In this document: piece by piece, positions 28,877 to 39,350 of the stretch | How positions within the stretch are numbered: position 1 is the first letter of the stretch | Layout of the letters: every line of letters starts with the position of its first letter | IMG/VR virus record: IMGVR_UViG_3300045922_000503 | Span: 35,250-99,249 of that record | Strand: one strand, 5' to 3' | Source of the DNA: a virus | Length of the DNA stretch: 64,000 nt | The notes under the pieces: model-generated | Told to the model about the DNA's origin: nothing | The model's database searches: none | What the model saw: the letters and a program-made list of their open reading frames with translations, nothing else | Translations under genes and position numbers: made by a program

Positions 28877-30766
28877 ATGGCTAACCTGTACCCCACTGTC
28901 GCCTTGGTCCCCAAGGCCCGCGCAGTGCTCAAGCCGACGGCGCTGTCTGTTCACGCAGGCGAGGTAGAGCGCGTCCGCGCCGGCTTGACGACGCTCGACT
29001 CTAGAATCTCCGATGACGAGAAGAGACAGATAGAGGCCCTGGTAAAACTGCACCAGATGCAGCGGCAGGACTCTGGAGAACGCAAAGCGCTTGCTGACGT
29101 TCGGGACATCGCCAGCTTCGTGGAGTACCGCATGAGGTACGACCTAGGCGCGCCGATGACGTTCAACCTGCGACCGTGGCAGCGGGCCATCTACAACAGC
29201 GAGTTCGCGATTCGCAGGGCGGACAAGTTTGGCCAAAGGTACCCGCGCCGACGTACCCTGCTGGTGACGGCTCGCCAGTGCGAGAAGTCTACCAACCTGG
29301 GCAACAAGGCATTGGCCCTTACGGCCCTTATCAGCAACTTCACCTTCCTCTACGTCACCACTGCTGACCTGAACTTGATGGAGTTCATTGACGAGCGCGT
29401 CGAGAACGTCATCCGCATCAGCCCGCACATGGCGGAGTACATCGGGAAGTTCTTGTCCTTCTCCCGCTACTTGAAGCGCTTCGGAAGGAACAATTCCAAG
29501 ATCGTGGCCCGGTCAGCCAACCTCCACGCGGATCGCACCCGAGGCATCGCTGCGGACGGTCTGGGGCTGGACGAGTTTCAGAACATGCAGCTCTCCATCA
29601 TCCCTGTCATCACGGCGACGCTCAACAACTCACCATTGGAGCACGGGCCCATCCAGATCTGGGCGGGTACCCCCTTGTCCTTGGACAACCCTACTGCCAT
29701 CTACTGGCGCAACGAGTCGACACAGAACAAGTGGATGACCCGTTGCGACAGGTGCACGGAGTGGAACCCCCCGGGCTGGGAGCAGGTAGGGCCCAAGGGA
29801 ATGATCTGCTCAAAGTGCGGAAACGGGTTGAACCCGCTTCTCGGGCGCTGGGTCCGGCACGGCAACCCGGATGCCTCCTTCGAGGGGTTTCATCTTTCCC
29901 GTGTCCTCATGCCCTACACCGTCTCCAACAAGCCGGCGCAGTTCGAGACGAGGTGGCGGGATCTCTATAGGGACATCAACTCACCCACGGCGGAGGAGGC
30001 GTCCATCCGGAACGAAATCCTCGGAGAGCCTTTCGACTCAGGAAGAAAGGCCATCAAGGAGGACGAGCTCCGCGTCCACTGTCACCCAGGTCTGTTGATC
30101 TCCGAGGAGCTTCCACCCGAGGTGGTGGGGCACCCAGGGTGGCCGGTCTACGCCGGCATCGACTGGGGAGAAGGGGGAGGAGGGTACACGGTCATCGCCC
30201 TCGGGTTCTTCAACGGCAACAAGTTCCAGGTCAGCTACTTGCACCGCTACGTCGGGCGGGAGAACGACCCGACTTTCATCAAGCGGGACATCATCCGGCT
30301 TCTCCTCAAGAACCGGGTCAACTTTGGCATTGGGGACGCAGGCATGGGGTTCGGGCTCAACGACGACGTCCAGGAACGCCTTGACGACGCACATGGTCCG
30401 GGTGCCGGCCGGCGAATGTTCCACACGATGCGGTACAGCGGCAACGTAGGAGAGATCATCAGCGTCGAGGAGGAGCGCATGTGCTACACCGTCCACCGTA
30501 CCAGGTGGATGGCCAGGGTGTTCTCCCTCATCAAGAAGGGCCGATGGATCCTACCACGATGGCAGGATTTCGGCGGCCCCCGGGAGCACTCCACTGGCTT
30601 CGCTGCGGACTTTACATCCATCTTCAGAGAGCTCTCCGCCGGCGGTAAGCAGATCATCTTCAACCACACTGACCCAGACGACGCATTTCATGCCTGCCTC
30701 TACTGCTACACGGCGGGGCTCCTGCACCAGGGAGACATGAGCGAGTTCCACGCAGCCAACGTGTAA
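28877..30766 (+). CDS. terL: Terminase large subunit (lambda GpA-type)
   Basis: LRPWQ; Walker A TARQCEKST; RTRGIAADGLGLDEFQ (Walker B); GTP motif III; CxxC..CxxC; GIDWG nuclease; C-terminal DDAFHA. Confidence 0.92.
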   Translation: MANLYPTVALVPKARAVLKPTALSVHAGEVERVRAGLTTLDSRISDDEKRQIEALVKLHQMQRQDSGERKALADVRDIASFVEYRMRYDLGAPMTFNLRPWQRAIYNSEFAIRRADKFGQRYPRRRTLLVTARQCEKSTNLGNKALALTALISNFTFLYVTTADLNLMEFIDERVENVIRISPHMAEYIGKFLSFSRYLKRFGRNNSKIVARSANLHADRTRGIAADGLGLDEFQNMQLSIIPVITATLNNSPLEHGPIQIWAGTPLSLDNPTAIYWRNESTQNKWMTRCDRCTEWNPPGWEQVGPKGMICSKCGNGLNPLLGRWVRHGNPDASFEGFHLSRVLMPYTVSNKPAQFETRWRDLYRDINSPTAEEASIRNEILGEPFDSGRKAIKEDELRVHCHPGLLISEELPPEVVGHPGWPVYAGIDWGEGGGGYTVIALGFFNGNKFQVSYLHRYVGRENDPTFIKRDIIRLLLKNRVNFGIGDAGMGFGLNDDVQERLDDAHGPGAGRRMFHTMRYSGNVGEIISVEEERMCYTVHRTRWMARVFSLIKKGRWILPRWQDFGGPREHSTGFAADFTSIFRELSAGGKQIIFNHTDPDDAFHACLYCYTAGLLHQGDMSEFHAANV

Positions 30767-30833
30767 CGCCGGATCCCGGAGGCTAAGTGCCGAGCCATTT
30801 GTACCCCGCCCCCAGCAGTGGGGCGGCGGGCGG

Positions 30834-31250
30834 CTACGTCTCGTCGTCTTCCCGAGTTTCCTCGAGAAGACTTGCTACGACCACACTCAGCTCCTGCAAG
30901 CGGTCGGTATCCACTCCCTTGCCGCCGCGGGACCGGGCTGCACGTCTTGAGAACCGGGCTGCCTGCCTCGCCTCTCGGTACCCGGCGACGCCTACCGCTA
31001 CCCCCGCGCCGCTCAGCATGGTCAACAGCAGTCCGATGGCGCTCATCCGCTTGAACTGCTGCTCAGTGCGAGCTTGGTTGTACCGCATTTCTTGCGAGAG
31101 GTTGTCGAACAGCGCTCTGTCTACGCTGTCCCGGTACTCGGCCGCCTGGGTGGCCAGCTGCTCTGCGTGCGCTTGAACCGCACGCACGGCTTCCTGCATC
31201 TCTCGATTGACTGCCGCACGCACAGCAGCATCGAGGAACTCATCGGTCAT
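30834..31250 (-). CDS. Coiled-coil protein with one transmembrane helix
   Basis: SD AAGGAGG; TM segment IGLLLTMLSGAGVAVGVAGY; divergent from the palindromic promoter. Confidence 0.7.
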   Translation of the reverse strand: MTDEFLDAAVRAAVNREMQEAVRAVQAHAEQLATQAAEYRDSVDRALFDNLSQEMRYNQARTEQQFKRMSAIGLLLTMLSGAGVAVGVAGYREARQAARFSRRAARSRGGKGVDTDRLQELSVVVASLLEETREDDET

Positions 31251-31287
31251 GGTGGCCTCCTTATCTGTAAAGTGGGGTGGACATTGA

Positions 31288-31303
31288 TGTTATGGCCATA
31301 ACA
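31288..31303. promoter_or_regulatory. Perfect palindrome TGTTATGGCCATAACA, two overlapping divergent GGCCATAA motifs
   Basis: Between divergent genes; motif cores 39 nt and 33 nt from the two start codons. Confidence 0.7.
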
Positions 31304-31334
31304 GCTGTGACCCCCCACAACTGGAGACGTACAG

Positions 31335-32132
31335 ATGACGGTCTTTCCTGAAAGCGCTCTCCTATCGGCCGCTGCAGCAGTCGAGCAGGAGTGTAACCCT
31401 CCACCGAAGCTGGATACAGGCCAGCGCTCTGACTGCAGGCAGGAGTTGTATCTTCTGCATCGCGCCCTAGAGGAAATCTGTAGCATGGTGCGGACGACCC
31501 GCAACCTCCCTGACCCGGTGGACAGATACGCCGTGGGGCAAGACATCAAAGTAAGAGTCGGGCGCATCGCCCGGATCATGCAAACGTTCGAGAAGCGGGG
31601 CCTCCTAGCCGAGGCATCCGAGGAGGTAGCCGCCGTGTTGGAAGCTCAGGACCCTGTGACTCGGGGAGAAGTACACCGGTTGCTGGAGGAGGCAGCGGCC
31701 CCCTCGCGACCTGCGGAAGGCACGACCGTTCGACCGTACAACACGGGAGTCAGCCAGACGCTGTTCCCGGCGAAGCCGATGCCCCCGGCACCTTATCAGT
31801 CGATGCATGTCGGCGGAGGGACGCCGACCCCACGGCCGCCTATGCCGCCCCCTACCGGGTACAACCAGACAGCCCCCGCCGGCGGGGGCGGCGGGTACGG
31901 GGGCGGCTTCAGTATCCCCGTGGTTGGAGGCAAACAGATGCCTACGGGTCCGGCGCACCTACACGCCGACCTGTTTCGGACGCTGCCGCCACCAAGGCCT
32001 CCTCAGATGGAGCCGGGGCTGCTTGACGACATGGTCGGCGCAGGCTGGGCGGGCGTGGCCATGTTCATGCAGGCCTTCGCTGCCTACTTCACAGGCCGTA
32101 TCATCGGCCAGGGCCACCGCCCTTGGGGCTGA
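31335..32132 (+). CDS. Hypothetical protein, Pro-rich with hydrophobic C-terminal helix
   Basis: SD GGAG; ORF fills the space downstream of the palindrome. Confidence 0.65.
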   Translation: MTVFPESALLSAAAAVEQECNPPPKLDTGQRSDCRQELYLLHRALEEICSMVRTTRNLPDPVDRYAVGQDIKVRVGRIARIMQTFEKRGLLAEASEEVAAVLEAQDPVTRGEVHRLLEEAAAPSRPAEGTTVRPYNTGVSQTLFPAKPMPPAPYQSMHVGGGTPTPRPPMPPPTGYNQTAPAGGGGGYGGGFSIPVVGGKQMPTGPAHLHADLFRTLPPPRPPQMEPGLLDDMVGAGWAGVAMFMQAFAAYFTGRIIGQGHRPWG

Positions 32133-32829
32133 CACGCCCCCCGACCCGCGCCAGCGCTGGCGCGGGTGCTTCAGGGGTGACAGCCCTTAGCCACTCCCGA
32201 ATGATGCTGCGCTCAAGAGGTGCAGCGCCGAACGGAACACGGTCTGCATCCATCAAGCCAGCTTGCGCAGCACAGGCTGTCGCTACGTAGTGAATGGAGG
32301 AGAGCCAATGTCGACATCGTGACAGGAGATGAGAGGAGGAGGAGTCAGACACTGGATCTGCGGCCCGCACGACGTCGACCGCGCGGGCGAACACTGACAG
32401 TGCCATTGCCTTCGTTGTCTGATCTTCCTGGACGAGCTCTGCCAGCAGTGCCGCACCCAGAGTGTCTGCCGCGATTACCAGGTGGTTGACCTCTTCCAGT
32501 GCATCAGGTCCTCCTCTTTTGTCGATTGCTCGCAGGTCTGACAGTGCCCTTTGCGCAGACGCTTTGGCGCTGGGGACTGCAGCGATGGCGTCTGCCGCCT
32601 TGCCCCCTCGCATGCCGTGCAGCGCTACTTCCATGGCTCCCACCCGAGCGGCCAGCTCGTCGACGTCCACGGGTAGAGAAGGAGGAGCGTCTCTGACCAG
32701 GGCTTCCCCCTCCGCGGAGTAAGTCATCTCCAGGAGTCCAGCACGGACCTGGCGTTGGGTCTCCTCCATCGTCAGACCCCGCTGGGTCATCATTGTCTTG
32801 ACGGGGGTCCATCTGCTACCCTGAGCCAT
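32101..32829 (-). CDS. Hypothetical protein, possible N-terminal HTH-like DNA-binding domain
   Basis: Start reassigned to MAQGSRW (SD GGAG); TQRQVRAGLLEM resembles MerR/excisionase-type HTH. Confidence 0.5.
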   Translation of the reverse strand: MAQGSRWTPVKTMMTQRGLTMEETQRQVRAGLLEMTYSAEGEALVRDAPPSLPVDVDELAARVGAMEVALHGMRGGKAADAIAAVPSAKASAQRALSDLRAIDKRGGPDALEEVNHLVIAADTLGAALLAELVQEDQTTKAMALSVFARAVDVVRAADPVSDSSSSHLLSRCRHWLSSIHYVATACAAQAGLMDADRVPFGAAPLERSIIREWLRAVTPEAPAPALARVGGRVSPKGGGPGR

Positions 32830-32854
32830 CGAGGTCTCCATCCGAGGAAAGATC

Positions 32855-33838
32855 ATGTACAGGACGAGCCCACAGGCCAAAGAGCTCGAGAGCCTGGGAG
32901 TTTCTGCGTCAGAGCGGGCTTTGCAGAAGAAGAGCAAAGACCTGCAGGCCGAAGTCATCGACGGCCTCAGAGGCAAGGGTATGTCAAGGGTCAAGGTCTC
33001 CAGGGTTTGCGAGTTCGCCAACCGCCACATGATTTCCCACCTGAAGAAGGAGAGCGCCGTCAGGCACTCCCATCGGTTCAAGACCGCCAAGCCCGAGGAG
33101 GTGGCAGCAGCCCTCGGTGCCGAGAGTGCTGGCAAGACATCGAGTGCAGTTGCAGCTCCGCGCAGTCAGGGGGACGGCATGCAGAAGGAATCGTCAGGTT
33201 CGACCGACTTTCAATCTCTCCTCCGCGATGGGCGGCTGCCCAGCTACGGCCCAGTGCCTGGTAAGGTAGTCGAGTCCGCCGCGCCACAGACAGAAGATCC
33301 AGACGAGCCGCTCCTTGACCGGATGCAGGTCCTGCGAATCGACCTGGAGGGCGCGGCTGAGGCAACGTTGATCAAGGCGTCCTCAGCGCTGGAGGCCGTC
33401 AAGTCTGCTGCGGGCACAGTGGTTCGAGAGGTCGATCGCCTACAGAAGGATAGACCTGACCTGTCGCCGGGGGAACTCGTGGTCACGTGTTATACGTGGG
33501 CGGCGCAGAAAGTCTCGGCAGCCGCTCCAGGAGAAGATTCCAGCGCCCAGTGGCGCAAGCTCTTCTCTGAGAACGTAGCCCGGTGGGTGTACAGCGACGT
33601 CGACATGAGAAGCGCACAGGACCTGGCTAAGCACTCCCAGGTGCGGCCTGCGACGGTCTCTGACCTGACGGAGACTCTCTCGGCTGGACAGGACATCCTG
33701 CCCCTGGCCCAAGCATTGACCAAGATGGCGAGTGCCACAGTAGACTACCTCGCGTGGCTAAGAGGGCACCAGAAGACAGTCCACCAGCTCTCAGAGCTAA
33801 GCATGGCTACTTTCCAGACGCGGCGCGAGGGTCCGTGA
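32855..33838 (+). CDS. Putative head core/scaffold-associated protein, K-x-S rich
   Basis: KESA, KTSS, KESS, KASS, KVSA, KHSQ, KMAS; first gene of the head operon. Confidence 0.65.
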   Translation: MYRTSPQAKELESLGVSASERALQKKSKDLQAEVIDGLRGKGMSRVKVSRVCEFANRHMISHLKKESAVRHSHRFKTAKPEEVAAALGAESAGKTSSAVAAPRSQGDGMQKESSGSTDFQSLLRDGRLPSYGPVPGKVVESAAPQTEDPDEPLLDRMQVLRIDLEGAAEATLIKASSALEAVKSAAGTVVREVDRLQKDRPDLSPGELVVTCYTWAAQKVSAAAPGEDSSAQWRKLFSENVARWVYSDVDMRSAQDLAKHSQVRPATVSDLTETLSAGQDILPLAQALTKMASATVDYLAWLRGHQKTVHQLSELSMATFQTRREGP

Positions 33839-35340
33839 GTCAGTCCCCCAACAGATACCAGGGAGAGTACGACGACGTACAGTTCCAGCAGCCTGCTGGC
33901 GGGTCGTTTCTCAATTCGCCGGGCAGGCCGATGCCCTCGGGCGCGCGCGCCGTGCAGATGTATGACGGAGGAAGCGACACCGAGCAGTACCAAGCTGACA
34001 TGACCAAAGCCATCGGGAGGGACACCATGGGTGTCCTTGCCTCCTCCATGGGGGGAATGGCTCTGGGGAGCATCGTCAAGCCGCTGGCTGTCCCGGCTCG
34101 AGCATTGGGGGCCACTGGCACGGTGGCGTACGGGGGGAGCCCCCACACCGCCGCCATGGACTCCCGTAACATGAGGAACAAGATCATCAACGCGCGTGGG
34201 GTAGACCGCGCGAGGAGCTACAAGATGTCCGAACACCATCTCGCTCTCGCCTTGGCCGTGAACGCAGTAGTGGCTTGCCGCCGACAGGGCCTGCCCCTCC
34301 ACAGCCGTGTCAAGGCGTCCTCAGCCCGGCTGAGTCTGCAGGCGGGGCAGTTTGAAAAGCTGTGCGCCAGGTTCGTGGATGTTAGCGAGCTCCCGAAAAC
34401 AGACCTCCGCAGGCTTGCTTTGCAGAAAGATCGTGCGTGGGTCCCCAGCGACGACATTGATCGGTTGATGGGGTTCCACGCGACCGCTGCGCCATCCGGA
34501 ACATCTGGGGTTGCCGGAGTAGGCTTCACCCCCGCGGGCCCGCTCTCTGCCGCGGATGTGGAGGCAGAGGTCTCCAGATACAATCGTCCGAAGCCGATGC
34601 AGGGTATGCTGTCCCCTCCGGAAGATCTGTTAGGCCGCGCGTCTCTCGACGATGTCGTAGACAATGCAATCTACGCGGGGGAGCGAGCAAGCCCCACTGC
34701 TGGGGGGCACGGATTGCGTCGAGAGCTGTCTATCCCCACGGCTGACGGTACTCAGAAGACGCTCAGAGTCATCCACGCCAGTGACCCCGCCCCGGCGCCG
34801 CCGGCGCGTGGCTTGATGGACAAGCTGAGGGGCATCGGCACGGAGGCTATTCACGGGCAGGGCAAACGCCGCTTTGGCGGCCCCCTTGGCCTAGCGCTCA
34901 AGACAACCGCAGGAGTGGGTTCTGTCCTGGCCGCCGGGTCTTTGTACTCCAAGGCTCGTTCGGGTATTCAGCGACGAGGGGCAGACGGCCGCTTCACCTC
35001 GGCCATGGAACTCCTCGACAACGACGCTACCTCGTCTCTCTACATGGAAGACGCGGCGCGGCGGGCCCAAGGCCACTTCGACCCTGACCTGCGCCGAGCA
35101 AAGTTCAGGGAAGCGTTCACGCTGGTGGACAAGTACGCGCCCACTGTTGCGAAAGACCCCCAGCTCCTTGCTACCTACATGGCCAAGCTGACTCCCGACA
35201 TCGGACGCACGCTCCAAGGCGACGAGATTGTGAAGCGGGTCGACGAGCTGTCTCGGCTGGAGGCGAGCCTACGGAAGAACACGCCGTCTCTCGTTCAAGA
35301 CGCCGCGCCGGCTCTTCTTTCCCAGTTCTTGGGGGGCTGA
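33835..35340 (+). CDS. Putative internal head protein with glycine-rich helices
   Basis: GTGA overlap start; KMSE and KASS; hydrophobic glycine-rich segments. Confidence 0.6.
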   Translation: MSQSPNRYQGEYDDVQFQQPAGGSFLNSPGRPMPSGARAVQMYDGGSDTEQYQADMTKAIGRDTMGVLASSMGGMALGSIVKPLAVPARALGATGTVAYGGSPHTAAMDSRNMRNKIINARGVDRARSYKMSEHHLALALAVNAVVACRRQGLPLHSRVKASSARLSLQAGQFEKLCARFVDVSELPKTDLRRLALQKDRAWVPSDDIDRLMGFHATAAPSGTSGVAGVGFTPAGPLSAADVEAEVSRYNRPKPMQGMLSPPEDLLGRASLDDVVDNAIYAGERASPTAGGHGLRRELSIPTADGTQKTLRVIHASDPAPAPPARGLMDKLRGIGTEAIHGQGKRRFGGPLGLALKTTAGVGSVLAAGSLYSKARSGIQRRGADGRFTSAMELLDNDATSSLYMEDAARRAQGHFDPDLRRAKFREAFTLVDKYAPTVAKDPQLLATYMAKLTPDIGRTLQGDEIVKRVDELSRLEASLRKNTPSLVQDAAPALLSQFLGG

Positions 35341-35341
35341 G

Positions 35342-36946
35342 ATGTTGAAGTTTATCAAGGCTTCATACGGGGGCGCAGAGGCCATGCTCCCCTTGGAGAA
35401 GAGCTCTTCGGCGTCGGACCAAGTTCAGCAGCTCGTGTCATCCGGGCAGATCATGCCTGAGATTCAGGAGTGGATCCGACGAAATCCACTCGACCACGAC
35501 ACCTACGCGTACAGCATCGTCGTGCCCGTGGGGGCGTGCGAGTCGTGGGGGGAGACCCTCAACGGAGACGGGTTCGAGCGCTCCGAAATCTCCCCTTCAA
35601 CGACTGAGTACGGGCACAAGACGTTCGAGACAGAGGGCAGAGCGTACGCGCACCACCAGAACAAGGGGGACGCTTACGCATTCGGGGACACGCCGATGAT
35701 GTGCTGGAACCCGGAGATGGACCGGGTGGAGGGCATCTGGAGGCTCAACCGGGCGCAGGCTAAACAGAAGGGAGCCGGGCATTTCGTGGATAAGCTCGAC
35801 CAAGGGCGCCCTGTCGAGATCTCCATGGGGTGCCATGTCCCCTATGACGTCTGCACCATGTGCGGCAACCAGGCACGTACCCGGGAGGAGTGGTGCACCC
35901 ACACCCGAGATCCTGGCTTCGGGAGCATCGACCCTATCTCGATGATCCGGATGATGGTGCTGAACCCCAAGCCGAGGTTCTTCGACCTGTCCGGCGTGCT
36001 GGCGCCTGCCGCCCCGGAAGCACTTACGCTTGGCCCCATCAGCTACGCGATGGAGGCCGCCATTCGCGACATGCAGAAGTGCTCTGGCGTTCGGTCCTAT
36101 CGGATGGTGGTCCCCAGCGCGGTCATCGGAGAAGCTCTCTACCGGGGAGACGGACTGATGAAAGTGGCATCCCGTGCTACCCCCATGGAAGTTCAGTCCA
36201 TGATCAAGCAGGTTCCTGCCTTGACTGTGGCGGTACTCAACCCTGTGGACGACGACGAGATGGACGTCGACGCAGAAGATGCACTGCGCGCGAAGAAGAG
36301 CGGGTGCTCACTCCCCCAGTGGCTCAGTACGCTTGCTGCCCTAGGCGTTGTTCTTAGGCCGTGGGAGTTTCTGGCGTCCCACCGAGTCTTCTCCGACCGG
36401 CCCTACAACGGAGGAGACACCTTATCGGCGTCTTCCATCCATGCCCACCTGGATGACCCTCGGTCGGTAGACGCGTGCCCCATGTCTCCTTTGGCCTTCC
36501 ACCATGGGCTGGCCCACGGGGCGATGGCGGCTGGACTCATCGAAGACCGCAGCGCGACACTGCTGCCCCTTACTGCAAGAGCGGCTCACGCGCTGGAGAC
36601 AGATGCTGTGCATCGAAGCTGCAGACCCAAGCCCGCTGGAACCCGGATCACTGTCGAAGTGACAGGCCCGGAGGCCCGTGCGTACGCCGGGTACATCCGC
36701 ACGCTTCTTCTGAAGCTGCCCGAGTTCATCCGACACGGAACATCCAACAACGCGCTCGTGTCCTCATCGCTCACCTGTCCCACCAAGCTTTCGTCGCACC
36801 CGGCGCCCCTGCAGCTGGTACTTCCGTCTGCGTACATCTTGGCAAAGGCCAGCGCCACAGGTAACGTCAGACTGCTGAAGGAGTCTGTGGACGCGTTCTC
36901 GTCCTCCGACGTATCCGCTATCCTCACGGGAGCCGTTCGGCCATGA
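35342..36946 (+). CDS. Prohead (capsid maturation) protease with Zn-finger insert
   Basis: LNGDGF, AHHQN, ISMGCHVPYDVCTMCGN..C.H, NPKPRFFDLSGVLAPA pattern of HK97/assemblin-fold phage proteases; upstream of scaffold and capsid genes. Confidence 0.85.
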   Translation: MLKFIKASYGGAEAMLPLEKSSSASDQVQQLVSSGQIMPEIQEWIRRNPLDHDTYAYSIVVPVGACESWGETLNGDGFERSEISPSTTEYGHKTFETEGRAYAHHQNKGDAYAFGDTPMMCWNPEMDRVEGIWRLNRAQAKQKGAGHFVDKLDQGRPVEISMGCHVPYDVCTMCGNQARTREEWCTHTRDPGFGSIDPISMIRMMVLNPKPRFFDLSGVLAPAAPEALTLGPISYAMEAAIRDMQKCSGVRSYRMVVPSAVIGEALYRGDGLMKVASRATPMEVQSMIKQVPALTVAVLNPVDDDEMDVDAEDALRAKKSGCSLPQWLSTLAALGVVLRPWEFLASHRVFSDRPYNGGDTLSASSIHAHLDDPRSVDACPMSPLAFHHGLAHGAMAAGLIEDRSATLLPLTARAAHALETDAVHRSCRPKPAGTRITVEVTGPEARAYAGYIRTLLLKLPEFIRHGTSNNALVSSSLTCPTKLSSHPAPLQLVLPSAYILAKASATGNVRLLKESVDAFSSSDVSAILTGAVRP

Positions 36947-37260
36947 CACAGCACAACAAGTCCCTGATGCAGTTCCTGCAGTCAGCGTCTGCGGGAGCAG
37001 ACGCTGCTGCCAGAGTGGACGCCATTCTGGACGAAGCGTACCGCAGGGGATCTGAGGCCGGAGAACAGCGCCTCCGAGCCAAGGAATCTGCGGTTGCGGA
37101 GATGACAGGAGCCGCCGCTTTTCACGCAGCCGCACGGTTTCTGCAGCGCGCCAAGACGTCTGCGGCCCAAGGTCTGTGCTGGGATTGCGGCGAGCGCGCC
37201 CCTCACGATGCCTCCCCATACGGGCGGTGCGTCGTCTGCGACTACCACGACCCCAACTGA
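36943..37260 (+). CDS. Small K-x-S protein with C-terminal CxxC-CxxC
   Basis: KESA, KTSA; CWDC..CVVC. Confidence 0.6.
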   Translation: MTQHNKSLMQFLQSASAGADAAARVDAILDEAYRRGSEAGEQRLRAKESAVAEMTGAAAFHAAARFLQRAKTSAAQGLCWDCGERAPHDASPYGRCVVCDYHDPN

Positions 37261-37275
37261 CCCAAAGGTACTCCC

Positions 37276-38913
37276 ATGTCGACCGACCATCAGCGGCTCC
37301 TTGAGCAGATCCTCGCAGAATCCCAGGCCACTCTTCGTCGGGCAGAGGCTACGAAGACGTCGTCCGCTGCTCCCCGGCAGACTACGCACCGCGACCAGAT
37401 GAAGGTCCTGAGCAACCTGCAGAAGAAGACGAGTGAGTGGGCCAGCCTGGGTCAGCTCCTCACCGACATCGGCCGGACAGGGCTTGAGAAAGTCGCCTTC
37501 GAGGAGCTCCACGGTATGGACGACCACGTAGAGGTTATCCCTCTCAGCGGTCGGGAGGACTTTGACGGCGGGGAGAAGGTCATGCCGGTCAGCCCCGAAG
37601 CGCAGCCGCTGTCAATCGACCAGGCCAACCTGTCCAGCCTCGACCACCCCGCTAGAGACTCTGACGGAGCTCCCATGCCGGTACGGACTCACGTCCTCGG
37701 CAAGGACCCGTACCACGCTGCGGCGCACGAAGTCTCTGAGGTCGGGGAAGGCGTCACCAAGGAAAGCCAGATCCGGGTGGCCAAGGTGTTCGCCAAGCTC
37801 TCCGCCGGCCGCCGGCTCTCGGACCCCCAAGGCACGCGCAAGATCTGCAGCCGCATGGGAGTCGGTACTCCTGTCGACGCCATCCGCATGTTCAAGCGGT
37901 CCGCCGCTCGCTGGGGATGCAGCCTCGATCAGGTGTTCCGGGTGCTGGACATCGCAAATCCGTCGCGCCTCGACATGCTTTACAAGGCGTCTGAGGCGAC
38001 GATTCAGAGCGGGGACCCCTCTGACCAGATCGAGCAGTGCAAGAAGGCCACCATGGCCATCGTCAAGGCGGACCAGTCGCTGCCCACCGCAGCTGAGGTT
38101 ATCGAGGTCACAGGATGCAGCGCGCTGGCAGCCAACGCTGCCATCCAGGAAGTGGCAGAGTTCATCGCTGCGGTGAACGGCGAGGTGATGAGCTCGGACG
38201 CCGCGGCGATGGGAGCCGCGCCTCCCATGCCCCCGGCTATGGGCCCCGCTGACCTCGGCATGCCGCCCCAGGAGGCAGTGATGCCTCCGCCGCCGATGCC
38301 GCCCCCTGCGCCCCCGATGCCAATGGACCCTGCTGCGGCAGGGGGAGCCCCGCCTCCAATGCCTATGGAAGATCCGGCCGCGATGGGCGCGCCTCCTCCG
38401 GGCATGCAGGTGCAGTCGAGCGCCGCTCCCCTGGAAGATCGTATCTGGGGAGCGCTGATGGCCATGAAGCTGTCCGGAGAAGATTACGGGATCGGGGACT
38501 TCTCCGACGACCCCACCAACCCGAACAAGCACAAGCCACCGACAGGAGATGGGCACGACCAGGTCGCGCAGTCCATTCCTGATCACGGCAGCGAAGTGGT
38601 AGACGCCGTTGCGGACTCCGCGATGGAGATGCCCCAGGGCGACGAAGGCCACCTCGAGGGGATGTTCGACAACTACCGCCACCGCAAGACGCGATACACG
38701 ATCTCGGTGGACGAAGACAGCTCCGTGAGCCCTGAGTCTATCGCAGGCCTCTCCTACGAAGAAGCACAGACGAAGCTGCTGAACATTACAGAGAACGCCG
38801 ACGCAGATGCAGGGGGCGTGCCTTCCCCTACCCCGTCCAAGACATCCACTGCATACCGCACTCCAGGGCTCGAAGACCTGCGAGCATCTCTACTGGGGCT
38901 GGCCGGCTCATAA
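37276..38913 (+). CDS. Putative scaffolding protein
   Basis: Acidic, with a Pro/Met-rich disordered segment; many K-x-S sites; between protease and capsid genes. Confidence 0.6.
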   Translation: MSTDHQRLLEQILAESQATLRRAEATKTSSAAPRQTTHRDQMKVLSNLQKKTSEWASLGQLLTDIGRTGLEKVAFEELHGMDDHVEVIPLSGREDFDGGEKVMPVSPEAQPLSIDQANLSSLDHPARDSDGAPMPVRTHVLGKDPYHAAAHEVSEVGEGVTKESQIRVAKVFAKLSAGRRLSDPQGTRKICSRMGVGTPVDAIRMFKRSAARWGCSLDQVFRVLDIANPSRLDMLYKASEATIQSGDPSDQIEQCKKATMAIVKADQSLPTAAEVIEVTGCSALAANAAIQEVAEFIAAVNGEVMSSDAAAMGAAPPMPPAMGPADLGMPPQEAVMPPPPMPPPAPPMPMDPAAAGGAPPPMPMEDPAAMGAPPPGMQVQSSAAPLEDRIWGALMAMKLSGEDYGIGDFSDDPTNPNKHKPPTGDGHDQVAQSIPDHGSEVVDAVADSAMEMPQGDEGHLEGMFDNYRHRKTRYTISVDEDSSVSPESIAGLSYEEAQTKLLNITENADADAGGVPSPTPSKTSTAYRTPGLEDLRASLLGLAGS

Positions 38914-38986
38914 TCGACCCACGGGGCTTGCCAAGAGCCCGTTTTCCTTACAACATGACCTGAGTCGACCTCACCGAGGAACACCC

Positions 38987-39322
38987 ATGAAGTCCCCCTC
39001 CATCCGTCGGCGCATCTATGCGCCCAACACCAAGACCAGCCAGACCAACCAGCTCCTGCTGGCTGCTGGGCAGCAGATGACCAAGATGGCCCAGGTCATC
39101 AACAAGCTGACGGAGCTCCAGCAGGCGACCGTGTTGAAAACCTCTCAGCTGGAGCGCAGGGAGGCATTCTACCGAGTCGCAGAGGACCTGCACCGCCGGG
39201 GTCTTCAGAAGATCGCATCGGTACCTGACTGGGTGGATGCGAAGATGAAGGGCAACGAGGATCCGCAGACTGTGCTTCAGATCCAGCTGGCTGCCGCCCA
39301 GCAGCGCAACCTCCACTCCTGA
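38987..39322 (+). CDS. Small coiled-coil scaffold-like protein
   Basis: SD GAGGA; KTSQ x2, KMAQ, KIAS. Confidence 0.6.
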   Translation: MKSPSIRRRIYAPNTKTSQTNQLLLAAGQQMTKMAQVINKLTELQQATVLKTSQLERREAFYRVAEDLHRRGLQKIASVPDWVDAKMKGNEDPQTVLQIQLAAAQQRNLHS

Positions 39323-39350
39323 TCTCTGACCCCATCCTCGAGGAACTACA

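Noticed and set aside
38921-38946. Terminator or sigma70 promoter before gene 38987
   Set aside because: The stem is bulged with a short T-run, and TTGCCA has no well-spaced -10; too ambiguous.
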